Positions 36,519 through 47,984 of a DNA stretch of 64,000 nt are shown here, piece after piece. Below the pieces are notes generated by a model that worked only from the letters and a program-made list of their open reading frames with translations, had not been told where the DNA came from and ran no database searches. The DNA comes from Diadema antillarum (taxonomy: Eukaryota): positions 2,046,001 through 2,110,000 of the forward strand of contig NW_027270913.1 of the NCBI RefSeq assembly GCF_040938485.1, read 5' to 3'. Made by a program: the position numbers and the translations under genes. Numbering within the stretch: position 1 is the stretch's first letter; each line of letters opens with the position of its first letter.

Positions 36519-39500
36519 TATCCGACCCCAATTTCAATCCGTACATACTGTTACAGTCGTTAGCAATGCGGAGGCCCATCCATTATGTACTGTTTAACGC
36601 ATGTCCGCATTTCTCCTGTCAACTGCCGAAGTGATGGTGCTTCAGTTTATTCAGCGCATTGCAACCAAATATTTATTTTTTTTTCTTTTTCCTCTACTGA
36701 TGTAATATATTGTCAAGGTATGGTGCACATTGGGGTGCATTGTGGGGTCGGCGTGGTTGGCTGTCGGGCCCCCTTCCACTCCCTTCATATGGTATAAAAC
36801 CATGTGGAGGGGGGGGGGGGTCCGGTGGTTGACCGTGTTGGCCCTGCGGTGTGCTCCGGAGTGTCACTAACCCTTAATATGTTAAGTGTAGGCCTCTTCA
36901 CAGGTCAACAGACAACCGGTGATTCATTTTACAAACTACTACAAGTGACGCTTTGTATGTTGGACTAGACACCTGCACTACATCGAAAACGGAAACTTTA
37001 GAAAATGTCAATGGTTGGTATGCATGCGGTGTAATTGCGAAAGCAATTATTACACAGGATGATCTGAAATAACCGCATTTCAACGTTTCACACCCCTTAT
37101 CAAAGAGCTCCATTTGTGTGTTACAGGTGAACCAGATTTTATGTTCTATTCTTATGATAGTAAATCCAGTGCAGGAGTTTTGGTAGAGTTTGCATTGAGG
37201 ACTCAATGAGGCGAATAATAGTTAAATGTGCATTTATACGCAGATTTATAGCTAAGTTCCCCTGTTTGTTTGTTGTTGTTTTTTATGACTACTAGTAGTA
37301 ACGTAATTATGTTGACTCTGGCTCTAAGTATTTCGTTTCAATTACTCCTTTATAGTTTGTTACAGCACACCACGCACCGATGCACCTCATCGTATACACC
37401 CCGTGCATACGATATGCACTGCACTCCACGTTGCACCACGATATGCAGTTATCACATAATGTCACTCATTGTAAATGAATTTTGATTTTGGAATAGATGA
37501 CCAACAGCTAGTGAACCACACAAGCCAATACTTCACTATCAACGAATTTAACAGTCAATTTCCTTTCAATACCGCAAATCAGATTTGTGCTAATTTCAGT
37601 TTAATTCATTTTAATATAAGAAGTTTAAATAAAGATTTTGAAATATTTGAATTATTTTTAAGTTCCCTCAATGATTTCCCATTTTCCGTCATAGGAGTTA
37701 CCGAGACATGGTTGCACACCAATTCCCCGGACCTATTTGGCATTGAAAATTACAATTTTATTCGTAATGATAGAAAGTATGGCAAAGGAGGTGGGGTTGC
37801 CATGTACGTCAATAATCAAATTGAATTTAAAATTCGAACTGATTTGTGTATTCAGGAAGCAGAAAGTTTATTTAATGAAATCCTAAATGAAAATGAAAAA
37901 AATATTATAGTTGGTACTATTTACCGTCCTCCACAAAATGACATTCAATCTTTTTTTGATAACTTCGACCATTGTGTTAATGAAATCTTTGGAGAGAGAA
38001 AATCCATTTTCTTGATGGGAGATTACAATATAGATTTATTGGAACCTACCCATTTCCACGACATATTATTTTCCAATTCAATGCATCCCCACATCAATAA
38101 ACCTACCAGAATAAATAACACCACACATAGCAAAACATTAATAGATAACATAATGTCTAACGTAATAACGGAAACCTGTACGAACGGCATTATTTACTCA
38201 GATATATCCGATCACCTACCAATTTTTATGATAAATGATAAATCTGTAACAACCCCAATACGTCACCAACCCAAACAATATTTGAAAATGCATAGAAATG
38301 TAACGCCACATAATATTGATTCATTGAATCAAGATTTATTTGAAGAACAATGGAATGACGTCTTTGAACTCCAAGATGTTAATTCTTCTTATGAAATTTT
38401 CTTACAAAAATTATTAGATTATTGTGATAAGCACATTCCTTTAACTCCCAAAAGAAAAGGAAGGAAAAAAGCTCGGCAACCCTGGATTACTCAAGGCCTT
38501 ATACGTTCCATTCTCACTCGAAACCGTCTTTATAAAATATCTTTGAGAAAACCTACTCCTGAAAATGTGAAAAGGTATAAAACATATAGAAATAAATTAA
38601 CTACCTTGATTCGAGTCTCACGTAAATCATATATTTCAAATAAACTCGAATCTAATAAGGATGATAAAAGTGCTCTTTGGCGGACTGTTAATGAAATACT
38701 CAAAAAGAAACCTACGGAATGTCCTGACAGCATTACTCATAACGATAATGTTATTACCAATCCTGACCAAATTGCAAATATTTTTAACAATTTTTTGTTA
38801 ATGTTGGTCCTTCTTTAGCAGCATCTATTCCTGCAAATGATGCAAAGAATTATAAAGATTATTTATTTGAAAGTAATCAAAATTCTTTGTTTTTTACTCC
38901 AATTAATGAATCGGAAATTATTGATACTGTTCGATTTTTGAAATGTAGTAAATCCTGTGGGTCTGATAATTTAAGTGTGAATTTGTTGAAAAAAATAATT
39001 TACCCCCTAGCAGCCCCTCTCACCCATATATTCAATCTATCCCTACTCAACGGAAATTATCCAGACTCCTTCAAAACGGCCAAAGTTATCCCCATTCATA
39101 AAAGAGAAGATCCCTTAATGGTGAAAAATTATAGACCCATTTCATTGTTACCTGCAATATCAAAAATTTTAGAAAAAGTAGTTTACAAGCGTCTCCACTC
39201 GTTCATGATTGAAAATGAAATATTAAATGCGAATCAGTTTGGTTTTCGGAAAGGATTTTCTACCGATTATGCTATAATTAAATCTGTTGATAATATTATT
39301 GATGCGCTTTCTAAAAAGGAGCACATAATTGGAGTTTTTATGGACCTTAGTAAAGCGTTTGACACTATTGATCATGATATTTTACTTGAAAAATTATATA
39401 ACTATGGTGTGAGAGGGATTACTCTGTCGTGGTTCAGAAGTTATCTAAGTCATCGAAAACAATATGTTGTATTTAAATTCACTCACTCAACATATTCAAA

Positions 39501-41030
39501 CGTGTCATGCGGTGTCCCTCAGGGATCTATCCTTGGGCCCCTACTCTTTTTGATTTATATCAATGATATTATCAACTCCTCTCCTCGTTTAAATTTCATC
39601 TTATTTGCAGACGACACCAATGTTTTTTATTCCCACAAGGACATTGTAACACTGGTTGACACATTAAATACGGAATTAAGCAACATCTCGAAGTGGTTTA
39701 GAAGTAATAAGCTTTCATTGAATATTGATAAGACATGTTTTATACACTTTCATACGTTGCAATCCCAACCCACCCTTCCTCAAAGTATTTTTATTGATGA
39801 TATAAACATTGCTGAGAAACATTCAACCAAGTTCCTAGGAGTAACCCTAGATAGCAATCTAACTTGGAATACTCATGTTCAGAATATTACAACAGCAATA
39901 TCTAAAGTAACTGGTGTTTTAAGAAGAATAAAATATTTAATTAATGATCAAACTTTAATTATGTTATACAACACTTTATTTTTACCATATGTAATGTACT
40001 GTAATATTGTATGGGGCAACAGTAGCAAAACAAAATTGAACACAATTTTTCTTCTCCAGAAAAAGGCTCTTCGTATATGCACACATTCACATTTTTTGGC
40101 TCACACTGACCCCATATTCTATCGCCTAAAAACTTTGAAGGCCCATGATATACATTTATACCTAACTGCCATATTTATGTATAAACACACTCGAAATGCA
40201 TTACCATTTTTTCATAATACCCTAGTAACCAATGACCATATTCACTCATACCCTACCCGTCGTTCCCATGATTTTCACTTAAGTAATCCGAAGCTTTTAC
40301 TTGCTCAAAAGTCGATTAGACATCAAGGTCCGGATACATGGAACACTCTTCCTGAGGAGTTGAAACAGTGTGCCTCCTTGTTTTCATTTAAAGCAAACTT
40401 AAAGAAGTACATTTTATTACAGTATATTTCAAATATGAACTAAAAACAAATAAATTATATAAACCTGTAACTAATGTTGGTCTCCTGATAGCAACAGCGC
40501 ATATCGTCCCCTCTTTCAGTAAACCAATTTCACTATTCTAAATTCCAGCCTATCTGCTATTGTGCACCCTCAAGCACCTGCACACACATTCACCACCACC
40601 ACCATTGCACACCAGAGTTTATTTTCCCCTGCTACCTTCGCAGCAGAATTTATATTGTTACGAATTTAGTACGTCCTTATCTTTTCCTCGGGCCGGCCAT
40701 CTTTTCAAGCAATGCTTATAATGGCGGCCCTCTGCATAATCGTTTCTTAACTATAAATGTTATTCTTATCACTGCTGCATAGACATGCATACTGTATATT
40801 AAATTTCTTTCATATCGTTGTTTATGCAAGTCAAAAGACTGTGTTAAATTTACTTTACATATGTCCTACGTGTTCATGATTATGTACTTAGTATGTATCT
40901 TGGTTCATGCAAGTCAAACGACTTTGCGTTTAATTTACTTTGTATATTTCCTGCATTTTCATGATTATGTAACTTATGTATATTGATTTGCAGAAAATAA
41001 AGTATCTATCAAACAAACAAACAAACAAAA
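36519..41030 (+). mobile_element. CR1/L2-group LINE (Crack/Daphne-like), about 4.5 kb, with (AAAC)n/A tail
   Basis: Interrupts block X relative to the empty site GTGAATATATTGT|AAAAATAGGTTTTT at about 21720-21745. Contains EN and RT coding sequence, AATAAA at about 40994, and an AAAC repeat tail. Confidence 0.9.
37475..40443 (+). CDS. LINE ORF2 (apurinic endonuclease + reverse transcriptase), split by one frameshift at about 38791-38796
   Basis: EN motifs GVTETW, GGGVAMY, IYRPP, GDYNID and SDHLPI. RT motifs YRPISLLP, DLSKAFD, GVPQGSILGPLLF and FADDT. Adding one T to the T6 run joins the two track ORFs into 989 aa. Confidence 0.92.
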
Positions 41031-41801
41031 AAAATAGGTTTTTGTTAAGCTGAAGAACTGTTCATAGTTAAAGGTATTAGCCATGGATGCCATGGAATAT
41101 CATATCTATCATTTAGACAGATCTGAAATTTGTCATGAAATTTCACAAATTCTATAATTCGTTACATGTCAAACTTCGGTAATGTTTGATTTACCTTCGA
41201 TTCACGATCTGAAGTATATCATATTCAAAAATGTACATTCTTCGTATATATATTTCACTGTAATTGTGTTGTTGTTGTTTGGCCAACTAAATGCCACCTC
41301 TAATCTTAAAAATCGCATCTGGAACAATCGAGTAATGGAGAACCAATACCTAGATATTATTCTCTCTACAAAATCACATTTTCAATCATTCGCAAGGCTT
41401 TCTCCTCATTATCTTTGATAATTCTTCACGATGATAACCTCGCAATTGTAGCTCTTTACAGAATTCGAAAGAGGAATTAATTTGAAGGTAAGATGTCATC
41501 GGAATTGATATTGAAATTGGTATGGCATTAGAGAAACCATCTTTATAAAATGATAGACAAATAGTGATATATCAAATATTCATAGTAAGATTGTACATCG
41601 AACAGAGAAAGGAACCACATTCTTTCGCATACATAGATTGAACTCTGACGTATACAACATATGTCAGAGTTACTAGAGACAGTGTTGCATCTGCTAATAT
41701 TTCTAGATATCTGCGAAGTGAAGAAATGTCGAGTTTCACAAACTCCTCTACAGAAGATTTGACAATTTTCCTTGTGAATATAGAAAAGCATTGCCATTTA
41801 A

Positions 41802-42030
41802 AGGTATACTGTTTCCCATTTGGAGCAGTGATTTTAAAAATGTTCGAGATAACACATTTGATGCATATGTGAAGGTCAGTTGTATCACAAAACATCCTAC
41901 CATGTAACAATTTTGTAATAAAGCCTAAAATATAAGGAGATGTCACTATTTTTCTCAATAAACCATAACTGTAGACGGTTTAGTTTAGAAACATTTTATC
42001 ATAACTATTGTCCACATTTTGTATATTCAA
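41802..42030. mobile_element. Partial Kolobok-like repeat; second partial copy at about 44455-44690
   Basis: TTAA|AGGTATACTGTTT start; strong similarity to 44455-44690 (GGAGCAGTGATTT...AACCATAACTGTAGACGGTTTAGTTTAGAAACAT). Confidence 0.6.
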
Positions 42031-42504
42031 TATTATCTAACATTAATAAATATCAGCGACGTGAAGGGATTGAAGAGTTTCACAAATATCCGCATAACAT
42101 TTTACAATTTCCCTTGTAAAGATACGGGGATAAAGATGGATTTCAACAATTTCCATTGTGGTGTTTCGCTTTCACGCAAAGACTTTAGGGTGTCTCAGGC
42201 AACTCTAGAACCTGTCGCGCCTCTGGACGTTTCTGTGAGTAGTGGAAATGATAGGGGTCAATTTCAGAACAGTATCATTAATAAAATACTACCGAATTCC
42301 TGTTGCTTCGACTACTTTGGTTTGCTCATGAATGTCAAGCCTTATGACCTCGGCGAAACATATGACTGAAAATTTTCTTCGTATAACAAAATTCCAAAAG
42401 AAACGAAGAAGAAAACCAAGAAGAAGGTAAAGATCTAAAGCCGTGTGCTCAGGACATTACTGGAATTTTACCTACACCTCGAAAGGAATCAAGAAGAACA
42501 ATGA

Positions 42505-43734
42505 TTAAATACCAGTGTCTTCTGAAACGATACTGCTACATCCGTCATCATTCTGACAACTCAGTTCTTCGCTGTCATCTTCATCCGTTTTCTTCCTTGT
42601 GACAAACCATTGTTTTCCTACAATTCCTACAAAGCTCGCTATGATAAGCACAGTTCCTAACAGCGTTACCCAGTTCGGAACGACACCGAAGAACACAAAT
42701 TCTAGCACAAATGAAAACAGGACGTCGCTTGAGTGATAGAGAGACACATTGGGGGCCCTCTCGTACTTCAGGGCGAGATAGATGAGTATTTGGGAGAAAA
42801 AGTTGATGAGGCCGTTAGCAATTAGTGCAAAGCGATCCAGCCCACATTTAGGAAGAGTCCACTGGTTTGGGAAGGACGTAAAGAGGGCAGTGAAACCGGT
42901 AGCGGTCAGAGAATATATGGTCAGCATTCCTAGAGACGAGATACCCATGGAGGCAAGTTTTCGCTGGAGGATGAGAATGATCGCGGAGAGAAAGGCTGAA
43001 ATCAAGCAAATGATTGCACCAAGGACGCTGGAGCTGGATGCTGAAGTCACCGAATCGAGAGCATCGAAAAGGAACGGGGGCTGCGCTACCAGCATGACAC
43101 CCGTTAGGGTCACCAGTCCGAGGACGACATCGAGGAAGGAGCATGCCTCTTTGAGAAGCAACCAGCTGAGGAGGCCAGCGAAGATAGGACAGCTGTACAT
43201 GATGGCTTTCGCGTTGGCCACCGGCATGAGGGTGTATGCGATGAAGACAAGTGAAGTGTTCAGAGACCCGAGGATGGAGCGTAAAAGCAGGAGGGCATAC
43301 CCTTGTCGAGTATAATTGAAAGATAGCTGCTTCCAAGCAGCGATTGGAAGACAAACTACAAGCTGCATCATCATCCGGGTGAAGGCAACCTCGTTAGGGC
43401 TAATGTAGACTGTCAAATGTCGCACGGACATCGCTGCAAGCGAAATGATGGCGGCCGAAGTCAGAGTATACCAAACACCTTTCCAACTCAACACCACCTC
43501 CCAGCAGTTCGATATTGCCCCTCTGCTAACTGCCTTTTCTGCCTCCACTTCTTTTTCCGACGTACTTGGCATTTGTTCATTTTCATGAACGCGTATTCCT
43601 CTGTCGTTACAACAAAATGCATTCCTACTAAAGTCACATGATTCAGCACCGTTTCCAGTTTCGATTTTCTCTCGCAAACTGTCATCATCCTGCTCACTCT
43701 GTCGTTTCGCACTTGCACAGTTGTTGTCAGCCAT
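42505..43734 (-). CDS. SLC35G1: SLC35G1-like EamA/DMT transporter, clade B copy 1 (409 aa)
   Basis: ATG start, intact. Motifs LRSILGS, ANAKAIMYSCP, LLKE, QPPFLF, WTLPKCGLDR, ALKYERA and FGVVPNW. Confidence 0.93.
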   Translation of the reverse strand: MADNNCASAKRQSEQDDDSLREKIETGNGAESCDFSRNAFCCNDRGIRVHENEQMPSTSEKEVEAEKAVSRGAISNCWEVVLSWKGVWYTLTSAAIISLAAMSVRHLTVYISPNEVAFTRMMMQLVVCLPIAAWKQLSFNYTRQGYALLLLRSILGSLNTSLVFIAYTLMPVANAKAIMYSCPIFAGLLSWLLLKEACSFLDVVLGLVTLTGVMLVAQPPFLFDALDSVTSASSSSVLGAIICLISAFLSAIILILQRKLASMGISSLGMLTIYSLTATGFTALFTSFPNQWTLPKCGLDRFALIANGLINFFSQILIYLALKYERAPNVSLYHSSDVLFSFVLEFVFFGVVPNWVTLLGTVLIIASFVGIVGKQWFVTRKKTDEDDSEELSCQNDDGCSSIVSEDTGI

Positions 43735-44123
43735 TTTGAGGATGGTTTCTCAGTCTGAGAAATATATCCTACGATTTGCAGCGCACTCATACCGTTCGAC
43801 ATGAATGTGAATCAGAAGTTTGTAGAGTCCAGTTTCATTGCCCTGATGACGTAACTCCTTGCCTTTGGTCGAGGTTTTAGATAATGTATTTGTCTTCTTT
43901 ATTAGTTGCGATTGCCAAAAGATGGGCAAGACAGGTTCGGTCCAAAGTTCTGCATGATGTCTGAGATGTCCTGTGCAATGTCACGAGACTTGATATGACA
44001 TAACATTGCCAGTTCTCTCTTCTCTCTTTCTTCTGCATATTCGTCGTCTTTATCACCATCCTTCTTCCCCCAATTGGAGGTAGCGACGGAAATTTGGAGC
44101 GTAAGCACAATTTGCTAGTATAC

Positions 44124-44160
44124 CTTAACATTGAATTTGTATCCCGCGTTTCGCCAGAAA
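44124..44160 (-). other. Predicted 37-nt 5'UTR mini-exon of B1
   Basis: CTAATCTAATTTACAG acceptor and AAG|GTATAC donor. Both are conserved around the homologous 32-nt segment at 55938-55969; a downstream acceptor TTTCTCAG lies 20 nt before the ATG. Confidence 0.55.
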
Positions 44161-45354
44161 CTGTAAATTAGATTAGATTAGAGCAGTAAAGCATTGTTTA
44201 CTAATGGAGTGTTATCTAGTGTAATACACTGTCATTACGGAATAGCATCTTGTATAATGACGTATACAAGTGATGTACATTGTATAAGACCATACAAACA
44301 CAACGTGGGCACTAAAAGTGGTTGCGGTTGAATTTCATACAAGATACCCAACAGCAAAACTGAATGTTCCTCTTAAATGAGCCTTATCTGGTATATCTTT
44401 GGTGGGTGCTTACGAATTTCTCCGTTATAGATTTCATTCGAACTCTCTGATGTAAAGTACTGTTTACCATTGGGAGCAGTGATTTCAAAAATGTTAAAGA
44501 TAACTTATTTGATGCCTATGTGTAGGTCAGTTGCATCACAAAAATCCTACCATCTGTGACCATGTAAAAAAAAATTGCAATAAAGTCTAAAACATAAAGA
44601 GATATCGTTATTTTTTCTCAAGAAACCATAACTGTAGACGGTTTAGTTTAGAAACATATTTATTATAAGTATTGTTCACATTCTGTATATCAAAACAATA
44701 ATCAAAATTAATCATACTGATTCAAATTTTTCCATTGGTTGTTTCTATCCCTAATTCATATTTTAGAACTGCTTTAGGCACTTAAGTTGGGTTTCTGTTT
44801 CATCTGCAAATGGTAAAGTATGCTCTTAACCTGGCGTACCTTATATTTCAACATCAATAACAAAGAAAAAAACACAGAATGAGTAATTTTCCATTACACT
44901 TTAGATGGAGAACCAAGGAATTGGCCTAGGACAAGCTCTATCTTTGACAGTCATATATCCTTGTGCTTAAGTCACTATAGTTCCGAAAGATGGAGATAAC
45001 TTCATAGATTTAGCCACTTTTACCTTGCTATTAAGTATCATCTTGATCGCTGCTGCGGCCAGTATTTGTATTAAGAATTCAGGCATGTTTTTTTTTTTTT
45101 TTTGCCAAGCTGTTTACCCTTTTACACCGTCAACACAATCTCAAATCAGACGCACATTAAACATCTCACGCACTGTCCGTTGTGGAAATGGGTTCTTCAT
45201 GCAGTCAAGTTTTTCTTTTCTTCACTTTTAAATTGCAAAACATAAAAAAGGACTCGAGCTCAAACTTAAGAGCTTATGATTATCATGATGATATTGTCCG
45301 AGGGTGCCCCCTTGTATTACCACTATTTCGCAAGCACCCTGCCATAATAATTAT

Positions 45355-45790
45355 AGTAATAACAATAAGAAGATGAAGAAGAAGAAGAAGAAGAAGAAGA
45401 ACAACAACAACAACAACAGTAACGTCTTATTTATCCAGGTTACCCTGTCCAATGTTACCACTGCTCCGCCAGAGGGCCCTGCCATTATTCTTACCCTAGC
45501 GTTGCAAGGTACCCATTTATACACCTTGGTCGAGAGGGACATGGTGGGTAAAAACATCTTGTCCAAGGGAAATAGAACTCGGGTCCTCCGATTGGGAGTC
45601 CACTATGCCACAGCGCCCCCTCACTGTAGCGTTGCCATATACCCATTTTTCATCTTGGTCGAGAGGGGGCATGGTTGGTTTAAACAAAAAAATCTTGTCC
45701 AAGGACGTAAGTGCTGGACTAGATGCGAACTCGGTTCCTTCGTTTGGGAGTTAGGAGTCTTATCCACATGCCACAGTGCCCACACTATTC
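45355..45790 (-). mobile_element. tRNA-derived SINE, dimeric/duplicated, 3' of C1
   Basis: A-box-like TGGCATGTGG, B-box-like GAGTTCGCATC, central GTCCTTGGACAAG and CTCTCGACCAAGGTGTATAAATGGGTACC motifs (present twice), and a simple-repeat tail. Confidence 0.75.
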
Positions 45791-45910
45791 AGTTAGAGGA
45801 TTATAAATTAAACAAAATTATGTAGATAGTATACTAACACAGCATGAAAAATAATGAACAAGCACACTGCCACAACGTTGGGGCTCTTGCATGTGGCAAA
45901 AACAAATATA

Positions 45911-47116
45911 TTACATTTGCATATTGCTTGAGCTCACACCACTCTCACTTGCGGCGACGCTACACTTGTCCGATTTGTCGTCAGAAAGCATCTTTTTTGT
46001 GGGAGGTGACTTTTTTCCAGTAATGCCAATGAACCCTGTCACAATCAAAGCAGTTCCTACAATTGTGATGTAATTGGGGACGGTACCAAAAAGAAAGTAT
46101 TCAAAGACAAACGCAAACATGACGTCGCTCGAATGGATTAACGACACGTTCGCAGCCCGCTGAGATTTTAGGGCTATGAAGACTAAAACCTGTGAGAGGA
46201 AATTGCAAATGCCGTTCAATATGATTGAGATGCGATCCAAGCCGCATCCAGGGAGAGACCATTGGTTGGTAGAGGAAGTCACTACTGCGGTGAAGCACAC
46301 GCCGAATGAAGAGTAGAGGGTGAGCATGACCATGGGGGTCATGCCGTACAAGCCGAGTTTCCGCAAGATGATGATGATGACGGAGTTTAAGAAGGCTGCC
46401 AAGAGACTTAGCAAGGCGCCCAGGACGCTGGAACTTGACTCAGAATCCTCATGCTCCGAGAGGTCAAAAAGGAAAGTGGGCTGCGCCACCAGAAACACTC
46501 CTGTTAGCATAACCAGGCCTAAGACGGCGTCCAGAATCGAAAACTTCTCCTTTAAGAGCAGCCAACCTAAGAGACCAGTGAACAAGGGACTGCAGTATTG
46601 TATCGCCTTCGCGTTGGCCACAGGCATGATTTGGTACGTGTAGAAAACGACAATTGTGTTGGTGGACCCGAGGATGGAGCGCAAGAGTAGGACGATGTAA
46701 GCCGCTCGTGAATATTTGAAGGATGGTCTTTGAAATACTATGATAGGAACACAAATTATAAGCTGGATGGCAAAGCGGGTGAAAGATATCTCATTTGCTG
46801 ACACTGATCCCTCCAGCTGCTTGACGGTCATGCCAGAAAAGGCTATGACGAGGGCTGACAAGACAGTAAACCAGATGCCCCTTTGCTTCAACAGCATGTC
46901 CTTACGTTGTAGCGATTTGTCATTCTGTTGCAGTGCACTGGTGGTGTTCTGTGTGTCTAATTCGTGAGTAGCTGTATCGCCTTCGAACGCTTTATTGTCC
47001 GAGCCAGCTCCTGCCCCACCACTACAAGATCGCCGATGAAGGCCTAGTACACTGTTCATGTCGGGATCAGTCCAATCTTCCAGCGTCTCCTGCCCACTAT
47101 TTAGACTTTCAGCCAT
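45911..47116 (-). CDS. SLC35G1: SLC35G1-like EamA/DMT transporter, clade C copy 1 (401 aa)
   Basis: ATG start, intact. Motifs NEISFTRF, LRSILGS, ANAKAIQYCSP, LLKEKF, WSLPGCGLDR and FGTVPN. Confidence 0.93.
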   Translation of the reverse strand: MAESLNSGQETLEDWTDPDMNSVLGLHRRSCSGGAGAGSDNKAFEGDTATHELDTQNTTSALQQNDKSLQRKDMLLKQRGIWFTVLSALVIAFSGMTVKQLEGSVSANEISFTRFAIQLIICVPIIVFQRPSFKYSRAAYIVLLLRSILGSTNTIVVFYTYQIMPVANAKAIQYCSPLFTGLLGWLLLKEKFSILDAVLGLVMLTGVFLVAQPTFLFDLSEHEDSESSSSVLGALLSLLAAFLNSVIIIILRKLGLYGMTPMVMLTLYSSFGVCFTAVVTSSTNQWSLPGCGLDRISIILNGICNFLSQVLVFIALKSQRAANVSLIHSSDVMFAFVFEYFLFGTVPNYITIVGTALIVTGFIGITGKKSPPTKKMLSDDKSDKCSVAASESGVSSSNMQM

Positions 47117-47321
47117 CGTGTCCGGGATCGTTAATTAACAATGACCCTCTACAGTAAAGATACAGATTTGAAATTCTAAACTCTTTCGCGACATGATCAG
47201 TTCTGGCTGAATCTGATGACCCTGAATAATCCTATCGTAATGGAGACTTTGAAGCCCATCACTTACGCTATTGCCACATGACATCAACAACACACTCATT
47301 CTTGAACTTTGCTCATCAGTT

Positions 47322-47353
47322 TGACGCTGATAACATTGAGGCTACTATAAATA
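47322..47353 (-). promoter_or_regulatory. Candidate core promoter of C1 (TATA-like TATTTATA + TCA initiator)
   Basis: TATTTATA at 47353-47346 with TCA(+1) 31 nt downstream at 47322, followed by a GTAAGT donor at 47266 and an acceptor at 47149-47150. All are conserved upstream of C2 (58712-58719; GTATGT donor at 58632). Confidence 0.5.
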
Positions 47354-47984
47354 GTCTACAGAATGGATTCAAGAAGTACGAAAAATTATAATGCCCATTA
47401 ACACTATTGAACTAAAGGACAATGGGTTACGGATATCTCATTACAAGCCTTTGTTTTTCTTGTGTGTGTGTGTGTGTGCCCATTCTACTTCGTGTCGTGT
47501 CGGTTTAAGTTACACGGATTCTTTATAGACCGTTATTGAATTGAATTGAAATGAATTACTGAAACTGCACCAATCTTACTCTCGAAACCAAACTCATTGG
47601 GGAAGTTCCAGTACGTTTATTTTCATCTTTGACTTTACATTAATGTCATATCACAAGAAAAAATAAACGAGCACGATACGAAATATGATATTGTAGTGGA
47701 TCGCATCTCCCTTTGTGCGAAATTTACCAAGAGTATTGCAAAGAATTTGGACTCTCGTCTTCATGACTTAATCCCAGCCAAGAGAATGGGGTGTCATGGA
47801 CGCTATTTGCAATACAATAGCCAATTCACTGAGCTGAAATGCGGAACAGAGCGATCTAGAAATAGCCCATCCCATTTGTGATAAGATTATTCAACAGTAA
47901 TCAATGAATAGTGTCAATGGATCGTGGGTACTGTGCCCTGTCTGTGTAATGTCTGTATAATCGCATTTTTAAGTGGGTTATTAA

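Larger units (their letters stand above)
31860..42460. repeat. Shared non-coding block X, copy 2, interrupted by Kolobok-like, nested and LINE insertions
   Basis: Colinear with X1, X3 and X4 once the insertions are removed. Confidence 0.85.

Noticed and set aside
36820-36880. HDV-like ribozyme in the LINE leader
   Set aside because: The only P1-like pairing I found (ACCGTG/TGCGGT) encloses 7 nt, too short for the nested double pseudoknot.
45690-45790. tRNA gene
   Set aside because: A- and B-box-like motifs are present but there is no complete cloverleaf, and it continues into a SINE body and tail.
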